61,987 nt of DNA from an uncultured Alphaproteobacteria bacterium (lineage in GTDB: Bacteria; Pseudomonadota; Alphaproteobacteria; RF32; CAG-239). The DNA lies in assembly GCA_944392225.1 (NCBI GenBank), contig CALXWB010000005.1:1-61987 (forward strand), read 5' to 3'. The translations under genes were made by a program, and so were the position numbers. Below, one piece after another: positions 1 to 9,059 of the stretch. Each line of letters starts with the position of its first letter. Within the stretch, counting starts at the first letter, position 1. The notes beneath the pieces were generated by a model. It worked only from the letters and a program-made list of their open reading frames with translations. It ran no database searches and was not told the DNA's origin.

Positions 1-338
1 AAAAGCCGTTAACCCTCGCGCCTACCTCCCCTAACAAGCTGAAGCCAGCTTGACCGCATCAGTTTTATCTTTGTGCCTCGTGGACCGCGATGCTCTTTAT
101 GTTCTTAGAGGAAGGTTTGTGCCTTGTTTAAGCAAAAACAGGAAGCGCGTTCAATCGTCCTAATTGACTGCCTTGCGGACAGTACCTAGAAACCGCGTTG
201 CTGTCCACTTTCTTGGCGAAGGAGAAGTGCCTTGTTTAAGCAAGAAAATCCAGCTTGACCGCATTGGTTTGATGGCCTGGCGAACGGTGCCACGAGGACC
301 GCGATGCTCTTTATGTGCAGAGCGGAGGGTTTGTGCCT
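1..338. repeat. Complex imperfect direct-repeat region, noncoding and GC-richer than its surroundings, in the 3' flank of flagellin copy 1
   Basis: A 52-nt block at 73-124 recurs at 287-338 with about 8 mismatches. The motif ccagcttgaccgcat occurs at 45-59 and 250-264. The motif gtgccttgtttaagcaa occurs at 119-135 and 227-243. A stem ggacag/ctgtcc lies at 177-206. No convincing ORF is present. Confidence 0.7.
35..55. repeat. Hairpin motif CAAGCTG-aagc-CAGCTTG-ACC, also present in the window-end tandem repeat units
   Basis: It is a perfect 7-bp inverted repeat with a 4-nt loop. About 26 nt around it match 61593-61620 and 61741-61766 in the same orientation. Confidence 0.6.
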
Positions 339-2349
339 AGAATAGGCGCAAAATGGATTGCGATGATTGTGATGCCAGCGAGAGGGAATTAATTGCCAAT
401 TGCTGTTGCGTTTGCAGGGAGAGCATGTTGGCGCTCTCTTCATTCATATCAGCAAGCGTGAGTTTATCGGCACCTTCCTCTAAAACATTGATAAGATTTT
501 CGGTAAAATCTTCTCTGGTGGTGATAATTGAATAATAGTTGCCAAGCTTGGTTGAAGCCGAGCGCAAGGTGTTTTTGGCATTGATGATTTGATTGATACT
601 GTTTTGCACATCTTTGGCTTTGCTCCAATCGGCCGTCATCATACCGATTTTATCGGATGATAAATCCACACCGCTCACATCTAAAGTAGCACTGCGGGTT
701 TCATTAAACACCACTTTTAAATCATCTGCTTGAAGTAAGTTCACCCCTTTATAAGAACTGTCTTTAATCAAAGAATCATATTGCGACAGGGCATTGTTAT
801 ATTGGGTTTGATAAACCTCTCGGTTGGCTTGCTCTTCTGCCTCTTTCTCCGCCTGCACTGCCTTCTCTTGCTCTTGTTCTTTCACCACATCACCGGCTGT
901 TTTCCAAGATGATGTTGTGGCAATATTTAATGTGGTTTCAATGTTATCGGGGGTTATTTCTTTATTTGCTCCAGAATCATTAACATCGTGATAATCTTCT
1001 TTCACTTCATACCATTTAGCTTGACCATCTTTTTCAATCGCAATTTTTGCTCCACTGGTTATATTAAATATATTGACACCTTTAGTTCCATCATCTTTAT
1101 AATTGTAAAATCCTGCTGAATTTCCGCTATTCAAATAAATCTGAGCAGTCGAAGAAATATTGGTTTGATTTCCGCTCAAATCAGCATTAACGATTCCATA
1201 AGAATTGTTTCCTGAAGTTAAAATCTGAACATTTCCGCTGATATTACTGATAGCATTATTAAAATTATAAATTCCATATGCTGATACCCCTGTTGTAATA
1301 ATATTTATGTTTGCATTTTGCTCAATGTTCATTAAAGAACTATCTCTAGCACAAATTCCAAATGCACGATTTCCAGAAGTTTGTATTTTTATATTAACAC
1401 CAGATTGAATATTTGTTGTTGCATTTTTATAAGAAGCAATCCCCAATCCAGATTGTCCAGAAGTTTCAATATTGATTTTTGCATCCGATTGAATATTGGT
1501 TACAGAATTCTCCAATGCAAGAATTGCATTTCCCCCGGACACCTCAATATTAATATTCTTTTTGATATTTATTTCAGCACCGCTAAAAGTTAATATAGCT
1601 GCTTTTGTTGAGATATTGTTATCATCAAATTTAGCTTTAATATTTAAATTCTGTAAATCTACCAAGATATCTACATTTTCAGCTCTTATGAGATAAGAAC
1701 CTCCTGACGTTGCTGAATTCTCATAATTCAAGCTCAAATCACTCACCAAACAGCCGGTTTTAATAATATTAATCATATTATTATCGGCGGAAGATGTCGC
1801 GGAGATGCTTGAAAACTCTTCACCTTCGGTGCCGAAGTTACCATAATAGTTGACGCCGACGAGTTTTTGATTTTCTTGGAGCTCCAATCCGCCAGAAGTG
1901 GAGATATCGCCTAAATCTATTTTGCCATAAACGCAGATTTCTTCTTTGCCGCTATCAACCGCCGCACGCAGCTCTTCGGCATTGCTGACCACCGCACCGT
2001 TGGCACCGACCAACTTTTCAAAATAGCTCTTCTCCGGCACATAAACCCCGGTGTTGACCTGTTCGGCAATGGCTTTCATTTGGGAAAGTAAATCTTCTGC
2101 TTTCTCAATCCCTTCCGTGGCCGCTTTGATGGTTTGCACCGATTGGCCCATAGAATCAAGTAATGCAGACAAATCCTCAGCTCGATTATTCAGCGAGCTG
2201 GCGGTGTAATAGGAACTGGGATTATCTATGGCGGAATTGACTTTTAAGCCGGTGGATAAGCGTAATTGCGTGCTATCTTGCAACTTTGCGATTTGTTGCA
2301 AGCTTAACAAATTGCTGCGCATGGACGCTGTTAAACTTATTTCTGACAT
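337..2349 (-). CDS. Flagellin-family protein, copy 1: flagellin-type N- and C-terminal helical domains in the style of large DUF1522-class alphaproteobacterial flagellins, with a central tandem-repeat domain
   Basis: The N-terminus reads MSEISLTASMRSNLLSLQQ..RLSTGLKVNSAIDNPSSYYTA. The C-terminus reads NTLRSASTKLGNYYSII...LQTQQQLAINSLSLASQ. The core holds 6-7 units of 26-29 aa. I place the start at ATG 2349; the ORF track begins 3 codons earlier at TTG 2358. Confidence 0.8.
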   Translation of the reverse strand: MSEISLTASMRSNLLSLQQIAKLQDSTQLRLSTGLKVNSAIDNPSSYYTASSLNNRAEDLSALLDSMGQSVQTIKAATEGIEKAEDLLSQMKAIAEQVNTGVYVPEKSYFEKLVGANGAVVSNAEELRAAVDSGKEEICVYGKIDLGDISTSGGLELQENQKLVGVNYYGNFGTEGEEFSSISATSSADNNMINIIKTGCLVSDLSLNYENSATSGGSYLIRAENVDILVDLQNLNIKAKFDDNNISTKAAILTFSGAEINIKKNINIEVSGGNAILALENSVTNIQSDAKINIETSGQSGLGIASYKNATTNIQSGVNIKIQTSGNRAFGICARDSSLMNIEQNANINIITTGVSAYGIYNFNNAISNISGNVQILTSGNNSYGIVNADLSGNQTNISSTAQIYLNSGNSAGFYNYKDDGTKGVNIFNITSGAKIAIEKDGQAKWYEVKEDYHDVNDSGANKEITPDNIETTLNIATTSSWKTAGDVVKEQEQEKAVQAEKEAEEQANREVYQTQYNNALSQYDSLIKDSSYKGVNLLQADDLKVVFNETRSATLDVSGVDLSSDKIGMMTADWSKAKDVQNSINQIINAKNTLRSASTKLGNYYSIITTREDFTENLINVLEEGADKLTLADMNEESANMLSLQTQQQLAINSLSLASQSSQSILRLF

Positions 2350-2459
2350 ATCCACCAACTACTTTTTGATATATTGCAATACTTTGGATGCGGTTTTCTT
2401 ACTCAAACCTATTCACCCATATTCAAAATTACCATATGCCGGGTTAATGTTTGGTTAAC
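2350..2459 (-). promoter_or_regulatory. Conserved flagellin leader/promoter region, copy 1, duplicated at 26598-26707
   Basis: About 110 nt upstream of the ATG are conserved between the two flagellin genes. This includes 44 nt of perfect identity next to the ATG and an identical 17-mer GTTAACCAAACATTAAC (sense strand) at 2443-2459. The flanking genes are unrelated. Confidence 0.5.
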
Positions 2460-2479
2460 GAGGAGAAAATTTCTTCCAC

Positions 2480-2543
2480 AAAAAAAGCACCTCATTAATC
2501 TGTCCAACTTTCGGGGGACAGATCATAAAGGTGCTTTTTTTTT
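2480..2543 (-). terminator. Rho-independent terminator of the lpxD-fabZ transcription unit (two-part stem, flanked by an A-run and a T-run)
   Basis: gcacct (2487-2492) pairs with aggtgc (2529-2534). atctgtcc (2498-2505) pairs with ggacagat (2516-2523). The minus-strand reading gives a T7 tail. Confidence 0.7.
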
Positions 2544-2559
2544 ATTTTTCTTAAAGCGC

Positions 2560-3009
2560 TTAATCTGCCAACATGGCGGTGAACTCGGCTTCGCTCACCA
2601 CATGGCCGTCAACAAATGTTTGTCCTTTGAAAACAAAAATATTGCGACGTTCTTTAATCTTCTCAACATGCATTTCCAATCTGTCGCCGGGTTTAACCAT
2701 TTTGCGGAATTTTACCCCGTCTATCGACATGAAATATACACCATGTTTGTTTTCTTCATAATTTTCAAAAGAAGAGATGACCAATGCACCTGCCGTTTGT
2801 GCCATGGCTTCAATTTGCAAAACGCCGGGCATAACAGGGTTGCCCGGGAAGTGACCTTGGAAAAATTCTTCATTCATCGTCACGTTTTTGATGCCATAAC
2901 CTTTTACGCCCGGCTCTTCAACATACAATCTGTCAACCAGCAAAAACGGATAGCGGTGCGGCAACATTTTCATGATATCTTCAATTTGATAAACTTTTGT
3001 CTCTGACAT
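2560..3009 (-). CDS. fabZ: 3-hydroxyacyl-ACP dehydratase FabZ
   Basis: The ORF is 149 aa. It carries LPHRYPFLLVDR and GHFPGNPVMPGVL hot-dog signatures and lies after lpxD. Confidence 0.95.
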   Translation of the reverse strand: MSETKVYQIEDIMKMLPHRYPFLLVDRLYVEEPGVKGYGIKNVTMNEEFFQGHFPGNPVMPGVLQIEAMAQTAGALVISSFENYEENKHGVYFMSIDGVKFRKMVKPGDRLEMHVEKIKERRNIFVFKGQTFVDGHVVSEAEFTAMLAD

Positions 3010-3041
3010 TGTTTTCTTCCTTTACTCTTTATTTATTAAAA

Positions 3042-4055
3042 CTATTTTTTGGCCAGTTTTTGAACGCAGGAAACCTGGCGCATGAAATCTTTAATCGGCA
3101 CGGCCGGATAGCCCATGACAATGGCGCCGGGTTCAACATCTCTCATTAAGCCTGATTGCGCACCAATCTGCGCCCCGCTGCCAATGTGCAAATGATCGGC
3201 AAAGCCTGATTGTCCGCCGCAAACAACATAGTCACCAAAGGTGCAGCTGCCGGCAATGCCGGTTTGTGAAACAATCACACATCCTCTGCCCAACTTGTCA
3301 TTATGTGCCACTTGCACCAAGTTATCTATACGGCAACCGTCGCCAATCACCGTGTCATCCAAAGCACCTCTGTCCACACAAGTGTTGGCGGCAATTTCGA
3401 CATCATTGCCGATAATCACACGACCTAATTGTGGAATGCGCTCATGCTTGCCATTAATCACCATAAAGCCAAAACCGTCTTGCCCAATTCTGGCGCCCGT
3501 ATAAATATAACAATCGTTACCCATTATGGTATAAGCCAGCGTTGCATTGGCTCCAATGCGGCAATTGTTGCCAATTTTGCAACCTCTGCCGATTACCGCA
3601 TTATGCTCTATTCTGCAGTTGGCGCCGATTTCAACATTTTCTTCAATGACAACATTTTCGCCGATATAAGCATTTTCACCAATCTTGGCAGAAGGTGCAA
3701 TCTTGGCCGTGCGCGCAATGTCTGCCCTCGGAGCAACCTCTGAATAAAAAGCTTTGTTTAACTTCAAAAAAGCCAATTTGGGGTTTTGTGCCACCAAAAT
3801 AATTACACCCGCCGGAACGCAAGCGGCCAACTCTTCCGTGGTGACGCAGGCCGTGGCTTTGATTTCGGCGGCTTGGGCTTTGGCTTTTTTATCATAGAAA
3901 AAACAAATTTCTCCCTCACCGGCTTTGCCCATGGTGGCCATGTCTTTTATCTGCTCATCTTTTTTGCTCTCGTCTTTGATTTGCGCTTCACAAATCTCAG
4001 CAATTTTTTCAATGCTCAGCGGACCGTTGTTCTTAAAAAATGTTGTGTCTACCAT
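3042..4055 (-). CDS. lpxD: UDP-3-O-acylglucosamine N-acyltransferase LpxD
   Basis: The ORF is 337 aa, with an LpxD-type N-terminal domain followed by long hexapeptide (left-handed beta-helix) repeats. It sits in bamA-lpxD-fabZ synteny. Confidence 0.92.
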   Translation of the reverse strand: MVDTTFFKNNGPLSIEKIAEICEAQIKDESKKDEQIKDMATMGKAGEGEICFFYDKKAKAQAAEIKATACVTTEELAACVPAGVIILVAQNPKLAFLKLNKAFYSEVAPRADIARTAKIAPSAKIGENAYIGENVVIEENVEIGANCRIEHNAVIGRGCKIGNNCRIGANATLAYTIMGNDCYIYTGARIGQDGFGFMVINGKHERIPQLGRVIIGNDVEIAANTCVDRGALDDTVIGDGCRIDNLVQVAHNDKLGRGCVIVSQTGIAGSCTFGDYVVCGGQSGFADHLHIGSGAQIGAQSGLMRDVEPGAIVMGYPAVPIKDFMRQVSCVQKLAKK

Positions 4056-4111
4056 TTTTACTCTTCTCCTTAGAACAAAGAGCAGAGGACAAGCCTCTGC
4101 TTTTGTTTTTC

Positions 4112-6376
4112 TTACAATCTTGTGCCAAAGTTCAGGCGGAATACTTGGGTTTCATCATAGTCTTCTTTGACAATCGGGAAGGCAATGTCTACATCAATTT
4201 GCCCCATCGGCGACAGCCATTGGAAACCAAAACCTGCGGCCACACGCGGCGTGGATGAATATTCAACATCATCGGCACCGTTAATGCCGTCCGGCTTACC
4301 CAAAATACCCATATCAGCAAAGGTGCGACCACGAATGCCAACCTCGTCCAAACCAATCGGGAAGGACATTTCGGCACCGGAATATATCATCCAGTTACCA
4401 CCTAAGGCATCGTCCGTGTTCTTATCTCTGGCACCAATACCTGCCGTGTCAAAACCTCTTAAGGTTGAGCCGCCTAAGTTATAGCGGTTGAACAAACGAA
4501 CATCTTCGCCGCCATAGCCAAAAATATAGCCCGCTTGCGTGAACAGCTTGAAGGTATAATCATCGGCAATGGTGTAATATTTATACATTTTGGTATCAAA
4601 TTTGGCGTATTTTTCATCACCGCCGGCACCTGCAATATCATTGCCAAAGGAAATGTAATAACCTTCTTTCGGGTTGATGGCGCTGTCTCGCTTATCATAA
4701 ATGATGGTTTGACCAATCACCGAGGCATCATATGAACCTTCTTCTGCCTTGATAAAGCGTGATGCATCGGAATCTACATTATCAATTTCATCTTGCTTAT
4801 AGGTATAACGAACATATTGTGACAAATCATCGGTATATTTCCAACCTAAACGCAGACGACCACCCGTGGAGTTGGTATCATATGAACCATAGTCTTGATA
4901 ATCTTCTTCGGTTCTGAACAAGTCAACACCGGCACTCAAATTGCGGTTCATGAAATATGGCTCGGTAAAGCTAATGTCATATTCTTGCGTGCGTTGTGAA
5001 ATACCGACATCTAAGCCAAGTTGTTGCCCCATACCTCTGAAGTTGTTCTCGGTGACACCTGTTCTGAACAACATACCGTTGACGGTTGAGTAACCCACAC
5101 CAACGTTGAAATAGCCGGTGGATTTTTCTTCAACCTCAACATCAATATCGGCGCGGTTGGCATCAGTCGGAACGGTTTTCATATCAACCTTGCTGAAGTA
5201 GTTCAAGTTTTCAATATTCTTTCTTGAAGCTTTTATCTTGGAAACGTTGAAAGCATCGCCTTCATCAATTCTGAACTCTCGTCTAATCACTTCATCATGA
5301 GTTCTGGTGTTGCCCTTGATATTGATGCGGTTGACAAACACACGCTCACCTTCTTTAATGTTGAACACAATATCCATCTTGCCGTCTTTGGTGTTCAAAT
5401 TCAAATCAGGCACAACATCGACAAAGGCAAAACCTTGTTTGCCAAGCTCTTCCGTGATGGCAGATACAGAGGCATCAACCTTGGTATCATCATACCAATC
5501 TCCAACCTGAACATCTACCAGTTGATACATCGAATCGACATTCACGTCTTTGATCTCGGACGTGATCTTGATATCGTTGATTTGATATCTTTTGCCTTCA
5601 TCAACAACATAGTTCAAAACAAAAGAGGTTTTGTCCGGGCTCAGCTCGGCAATGGCTGAGGTGACCTGAAAATCTGCATAACCGCGTTTCAGATAAAAAC
5701 GACGCAACAGCTCTTTATCATAGTTGCTCTTGTCCGCATCATAGGTTTCCGAACTTGAAAAAATGCGATACCAGCGGCTCTCTTTGCTCATGATGGCATT
5801 GGCTAAGTCATCATCAGAATAGTGTTTGTTGCCCACAAAGTTGATTTTGGTGATGTTGGCCAAAGGCCCTTCATTTATCTCATAAATCAAGTCAACACGG
5901 TTTTGGTCACGTTTGATGATTTTTGGCACAACCGAGGTGGCATAACGCCCGGTTCTTTTATAAACCTGCAATATTCTTTGAACATCTTCCTGGACTTTGG
6001 CTTGGTCATATATGGAGCCCGAATTTAAGGCAACTTCTTTTTCAAGCATTTCATCACTGACCTTGTCATTGCCGTCAAAATAACGCTGATTGACGATTGG
6101 GTTTTCTATCACGCGGATGGTCAGCAAGCCGTTGTTCTTTACATCAAAAACAATATCCGTGAACAACCCGGTGTTGTATAATTGTTTCAAAGAATCGTCC
6201 AGTTTTTCTTGAGATACGGTTTGCCCGGTCGGAACATTTATGTAAGACAAAACCGTGTCTTGTTCCACTCTTTTTAAGCCCTCAACTTCAACCGCGCGCA
6301 CATATATCTCTTGTGCTCTTAAGCCGGTGCTCATCATCAATGATAAACCGAGTGTGCATAATCCTATTTTTTTCAT
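4112..6376 (-). CDS. bamA: Outer membrane protein assembly factor BamA
   Basis: The ORF is about 754 aa, with a signal peptide, POTRA repeats and a C-terminal beta-barrel. It lies between rseP and lpxD. The ATG is at 6376; the ORF track starts one codon earlier at TTG. Confidence 0.93.
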   Translation of the reverse strand: MKKIGLCTLGLSLMMSTGLRAQEIYVRAVEVEGLKRVEQDTVLSYINVPTGQTVSQEKLDDSLKQLYNTGLFTDIVFDVKNNGLLTIRVIENPIVNQRYFDGNDKVSDEMLEKEVALNSGSIYDQAKVQEDVQRILQVYKRTGRYATSVVPKIIKRDQNRVDLIYEINEGPLANITKINFVGNKHYSDDDLANAIMSKESRWYRIFSSSETYDADKSNYDKELLRRFYLKRGYADFQVTSAIAELSPDKTSFVLNYVVDEGKRYQINDIKITSEIKDVNVDSMYQLVDVQVGDWYDDTKVDASVSAITEELGKQGFAFVDVVPDLNLNTKDGKMDIVFNIKEGERVFVNRINIKGNTRTHDEVIRREFRIDEGDAFNVSKIKASRKNIENLNYFSKVDMKTVPTDANRADIDVEVEEKSTGYFNVGVGYSTVNGMLFRTGVTENNFRGMGQQLGLDVGISQRTQEYDISFTEPYFMNRNLSAGVDLFRTEEDYQDYGSYDTNSTGGRLRLGWKYTDDLSQYVRYTYKQDEIDNVDSDASRFIKAEEGSYDASVIGQTIIYDKRDSAINPKEGYYISFGNDIAGAGGDEKYAKFDTKMYKYYTIADDYTFKLFTQAGYIFGYGGEDVRLFNRYNLGGSTLRGFDTAGIGARDKNTDDALGGNWMIYSGAEMSFPIGLDEVGIRGRTFADMGILGKPDGINGADDVEYSSTPRVAAGFGFQWLSPMGQIDVDIAFPIVKEDYDETQVFRLNFGTRL

Positions 6377-6403
6377 CAACGTTTTCCTTAAATATTAATT
6401 TTT

Positions 6404-7540
6404 TTAGGCAAACCATCTGTGAATCAGACGAACGATATCATTCCAAGTGGCAAATATCATCAAAGATATCAGCACGGCAAAGCCAAATTTGAATAAGCCG
6501 TCTTTGAACTTTTCGTTCAGCTCTTTTCCAAAGACCATTTCTAACACATAAATGACGATATGTCCTCCATCTAAAAGAGGTATCGGAAATAAGTTAATTA
6601 ATCCTAAATTTATGGACAATAATGCCATAAACATCACAAAACTTAACCAACCTTGCTCTTTGGTGATATCGCCGGACATTTCGGCAATGCGTATAACCCC
6701 GCCGACCTCATCTGAGCTTCTCTTTCCCGTAAACATTTGACCGATGCCGCGCAAGGTAATGTCCGTGATGTTCCAGGTTTCTCTCACGGCTTCAGCAAAA
6801 GAATCGACTAATCCCATGTCAACCTGTTTAATCTCGACACCGCTGACAGACTGAATGCCCAGCATCGGGCGCGGTTTTTCTCCATTATTGACGGCCATAT
6901 TTTCAGGCATATCCATAACCATCAGCGGAAAAGAAAGATTGATGATTTTGCCGGCTCTCTCAATTTCCAAACTGATTTTATCTTCATTGTTCAAATCTAT
7001 CTCACGGCGAATCTCTTCAAAATTGCTCACTTCTTTGCCATTGACTTTTAAAATTTTGTCTTTGGCCAAAACGCCGCCTTTTTCTGCCGCGCCGCCAGGA
7101 ATCACATTGCCGACAACGGCCGGATATTCCACCTTGCCGAGAAAGAAGAAAATGGAAGCAAAAATCAAAATTGCAAACAGATAATTGGCTGCCGGTCCGG
7201 CTACGGATATCAACAATTTCTTTAACGGAGATTGATAGGGAAAGGCTTTTTTCTTTTGTTCTTCCGTCAACTCTGCCGTATCTGAAGTGGAGCTTGAGGC
7301 ATCGGCATCGCCCAAAAATTGGCAATAGCCGCCCAAGGGAATCGCACTTATCTTCCAACGTGTGCCCGATTTGTCGGTAAAGCCCCATAACTGCTTACCA
7401 AAACCAATTGAAAATGCCTCGACGTGAACACCTGAAAATTTGGCCATCAGATAATGGCCAAACTCGTGCACAAAAACCAATATGCCTAAAAGAACAACAA
7501 ACGGAACAACATAATATAACGTGTTTACCAACCAATCCAT
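6404..7540 (-). CDS. rseP: RIP zinc metalloprotease RseP (site-2 protease, M50)
   Basis: It has HEFGHYLMA in the first TM segment, a PDZ-like middle region, and the NLFPIPLLDGG motif. Confidence 0.93.
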   Translation of the reverse strand: MDWLVNTLYYVVPFVVLLGILVFVHEFGHYLMAKFSGVHVEAFSIGFGKQLWGFTDKSGTRWKISAIPLGGYCQFLGDADASSSTSDTAELTEEQKKKAFPYQSPLKKLLISVAGPAANYLFAILIFASIFFFLGKVEYPAVVGNVIPGGAAEKGGVLAKDKILKVNGKEVSNFEEIRREIDLNNEDKISLEIERAGKIINLSFPLMVMDMPENMAVNNGEKPRPMLGIQSVSGVEIKQVDMGLVDSFAEAVRETWNITDITLRGIGQMFTGKRSSDEVGGVIRIAEMSGDITKEQGWLSFVMFMALLSINLGLINLFPIPLLDGGHIVIYVLEMVFGKELNEKFKDGLFKFGFAVLISLMIFATWNDIVRLIHRWFA

Positions 7541-7549
7541 CTTTTTACC

Positions 7550-8341
7550 TTACATTGCAAATGAGATACCGTATTTGAACAACAGAAAAATCAGCGGCGC
7601 CGTGAAAATCAGCCCGTCTACCCTGTCGAAAATGCCGCCATGCCCCGGGATTAAATCACTCGAATCTTTGATATTTAGGCTGCGTTTAATATAAGATTCA
7701 ACCAAATCGCCGATTTGCTCAACAACCGCAATTATACCACCGATTGCGGCATAAAAAACAACATGTTGCTGTGTGGTCATGAAATAGTTATATATCACAC
7801 TCACCAACATGGCCAAAATTGCGCCGCCGATCAATCCGGCCCAAGTTTTGTTGGGGCTGATTTTGGGAGCCAGTTTTGGACCTTTAATCGTGGTGCCGAA
7901 AAGATATCCCCCGGTATCCACGCTCCAAATCATCAACAAAAACCACAAGGTATCTGCAAAGCCGACCGTATCATACAACCAAACCAAAGAGCCAAAACCG
8001 ATGGTGATGTAAAACACACCCAAGGTCAACAGGCCGCGGTGCACTTCTTTGGCAGACTTGAGCCACACAAAAACTGCCGCACCCAAGGTCAAAACGGCAA
8101 TGGCCAATGCTGACGGAAAAATAACGGCAGAAACGGCGCTCATGGTATAGGCAATGGAATAAACCGGGGCATTTTTATTGGGAATCATATGTGCCCATTC
8201 CCAAGCCATTAAGGAAGCAATGACCACCGCCACCATGTGCAGATACGGAAAACCAAGATATAATGCCGCAATGACAACGGGAATCATAATCAAAGCCGTG
8301 ACAATCCTTTTGGTCAGTTTGCTGAGTTTAGAGCTTTCCAT
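7550..8341 (-). CDS. cdsA: Phosphatidate cytidylyltransferase CdsA
   Basis: The protein is polytopic and ends with the signature SYIKRSLNIKDSSDLIPGHGGIFDRVDG. I prefer the ATG at 8341. The track start at 8371 is TTG and overlaps uppS more deeply. Confidence 0.9.
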   Translation of the reverse strand: MESSKLSKLTKRIVTALIMIPVVIAALYLGFPYLHMVAVVIASLMAWEWAHMIPNKNAPVYSIAYTMSAVSAVIFPSALAIAVLTLGAAVFVWLKSAKEVHRGLLTLGVFYITIGFGSLVWLYDTVGFADTLWFLLMIWSVDTGGYLFGTTIKGPKLAPKISPNKTWAGLIGGAILAMLVSVIYNYFMTTQQHVVFYAAIGGIIAVVEQIGDLVESYIKRSLNIKDSSDLIPGHGGIFDRVDGLIFTAPLIFLLFKYGISFAM

Positions 8342-9044
8342 ATCTTCTCTCCCGTGTTTTATATTTTTCAATTACATCATTGAGCATTTCTTTGGTAAAG
8401 TCCGGCCAATAAGCCTCAACAAAGAAGAACTCACTGTATGCCAGCTGCCATAACAGATAGTTGCTGATGCGCTGTTCTCCGCTGGTGCGGATCAGAATAT
8501 CCGGGTCCGGGATATCATGTGTGTAGAGCATATCAGAAAATATTTTTTCATCAATATCTTCAATGCGAATATCCCCTCTTTTTACCAGTTCGGCCACTTT
8601 TTTTGCCGCATGAACAATCTCTTGACGAGAGCCATAGCTCAAAGCAATGCACAAGGTCATCTTGTCATTATTTGCCGTTTCGGCTTCCAGTTTTTCCATG
8701 TTTTTTATGATATCCGGCGGCAACATTTCTCTTTCGCCGATAAAGCGGATGCACACGCCTTTTTCTTTGAGCTCTTTTAAGTCTGATTTCAGATATTGGC
8801 GCAACAAATCCATCAAAGAGTCAACCTCTTCTTGCGGGCGCTTCCAGTTTTCGGTTGAAAAAGCGTAAAGCGTCAAATATTTGACGCCGGCATCTCCTGC
8901 CGCCTGACAAATTTCTTTGACAACCTCTGCCCCTTTTCTATGCCCCATTGAGCGCGGCAAACCTCTTTTCTTGGCCCAACGACCGTTGCCGTCCATAATA
9001 ATGGCAATGTGCCGTATATTGTCTTTTGTATTATTCAAGTTCAA
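8328..9044 (-). CDS. uppS: Di-trans,poly-cis-undecaprenyl-diphosphate synthase UppS
   Basis: It carries HIAIIMDGNGRWAKKRGLPRSMGHRKG and a C-terminal RRYG. The start is TTG, preceded by AAGGAAG. Confidence 0.93.
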   Translation of the reverse strand: MNLNNTKDNIRHIAIIMDGNGRWAKKRGLPRSMGHRKGAEVVKEICQAAGDAGVKYLTLYAFSTENWKRPQEEVDSLMDLLRQYLKSDLKELKEKGVCIRFIGEREMLPPDIIKNMEKLEAETANNDKMTLCIALSYGSRQEIVHAAKKVAELVKRGDIRIEDIDEKIFSDMLYTHDIPDPDILIRTSGEQRISNYLLWQLAYSEFFFVEAYWPDFTKEMLNDVIEKYKTRERRYGKL

Positions 9045-9059
9045 ATCTTCCTTAATATA

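Noticed and set aside
186-443. An 85-aa minus-strand ORF at the left edge.
   Set aside because: It overlaps the 3' end of the flagellin gene out of frame and runs through repeat DNA. It has no RBS and no recognisable motif.
2360-2400. A sigma54-type promoter in the flagellin leader, suggested by the TTGCA element (aagtaTTGCAat), as in Caulobacter flagellin genes.
   Set aside because: There is no GG dinucleotide at the -24 position 10-11 nt upstream (the sequence there is gcatccaaag). The match is only to the -12 half.
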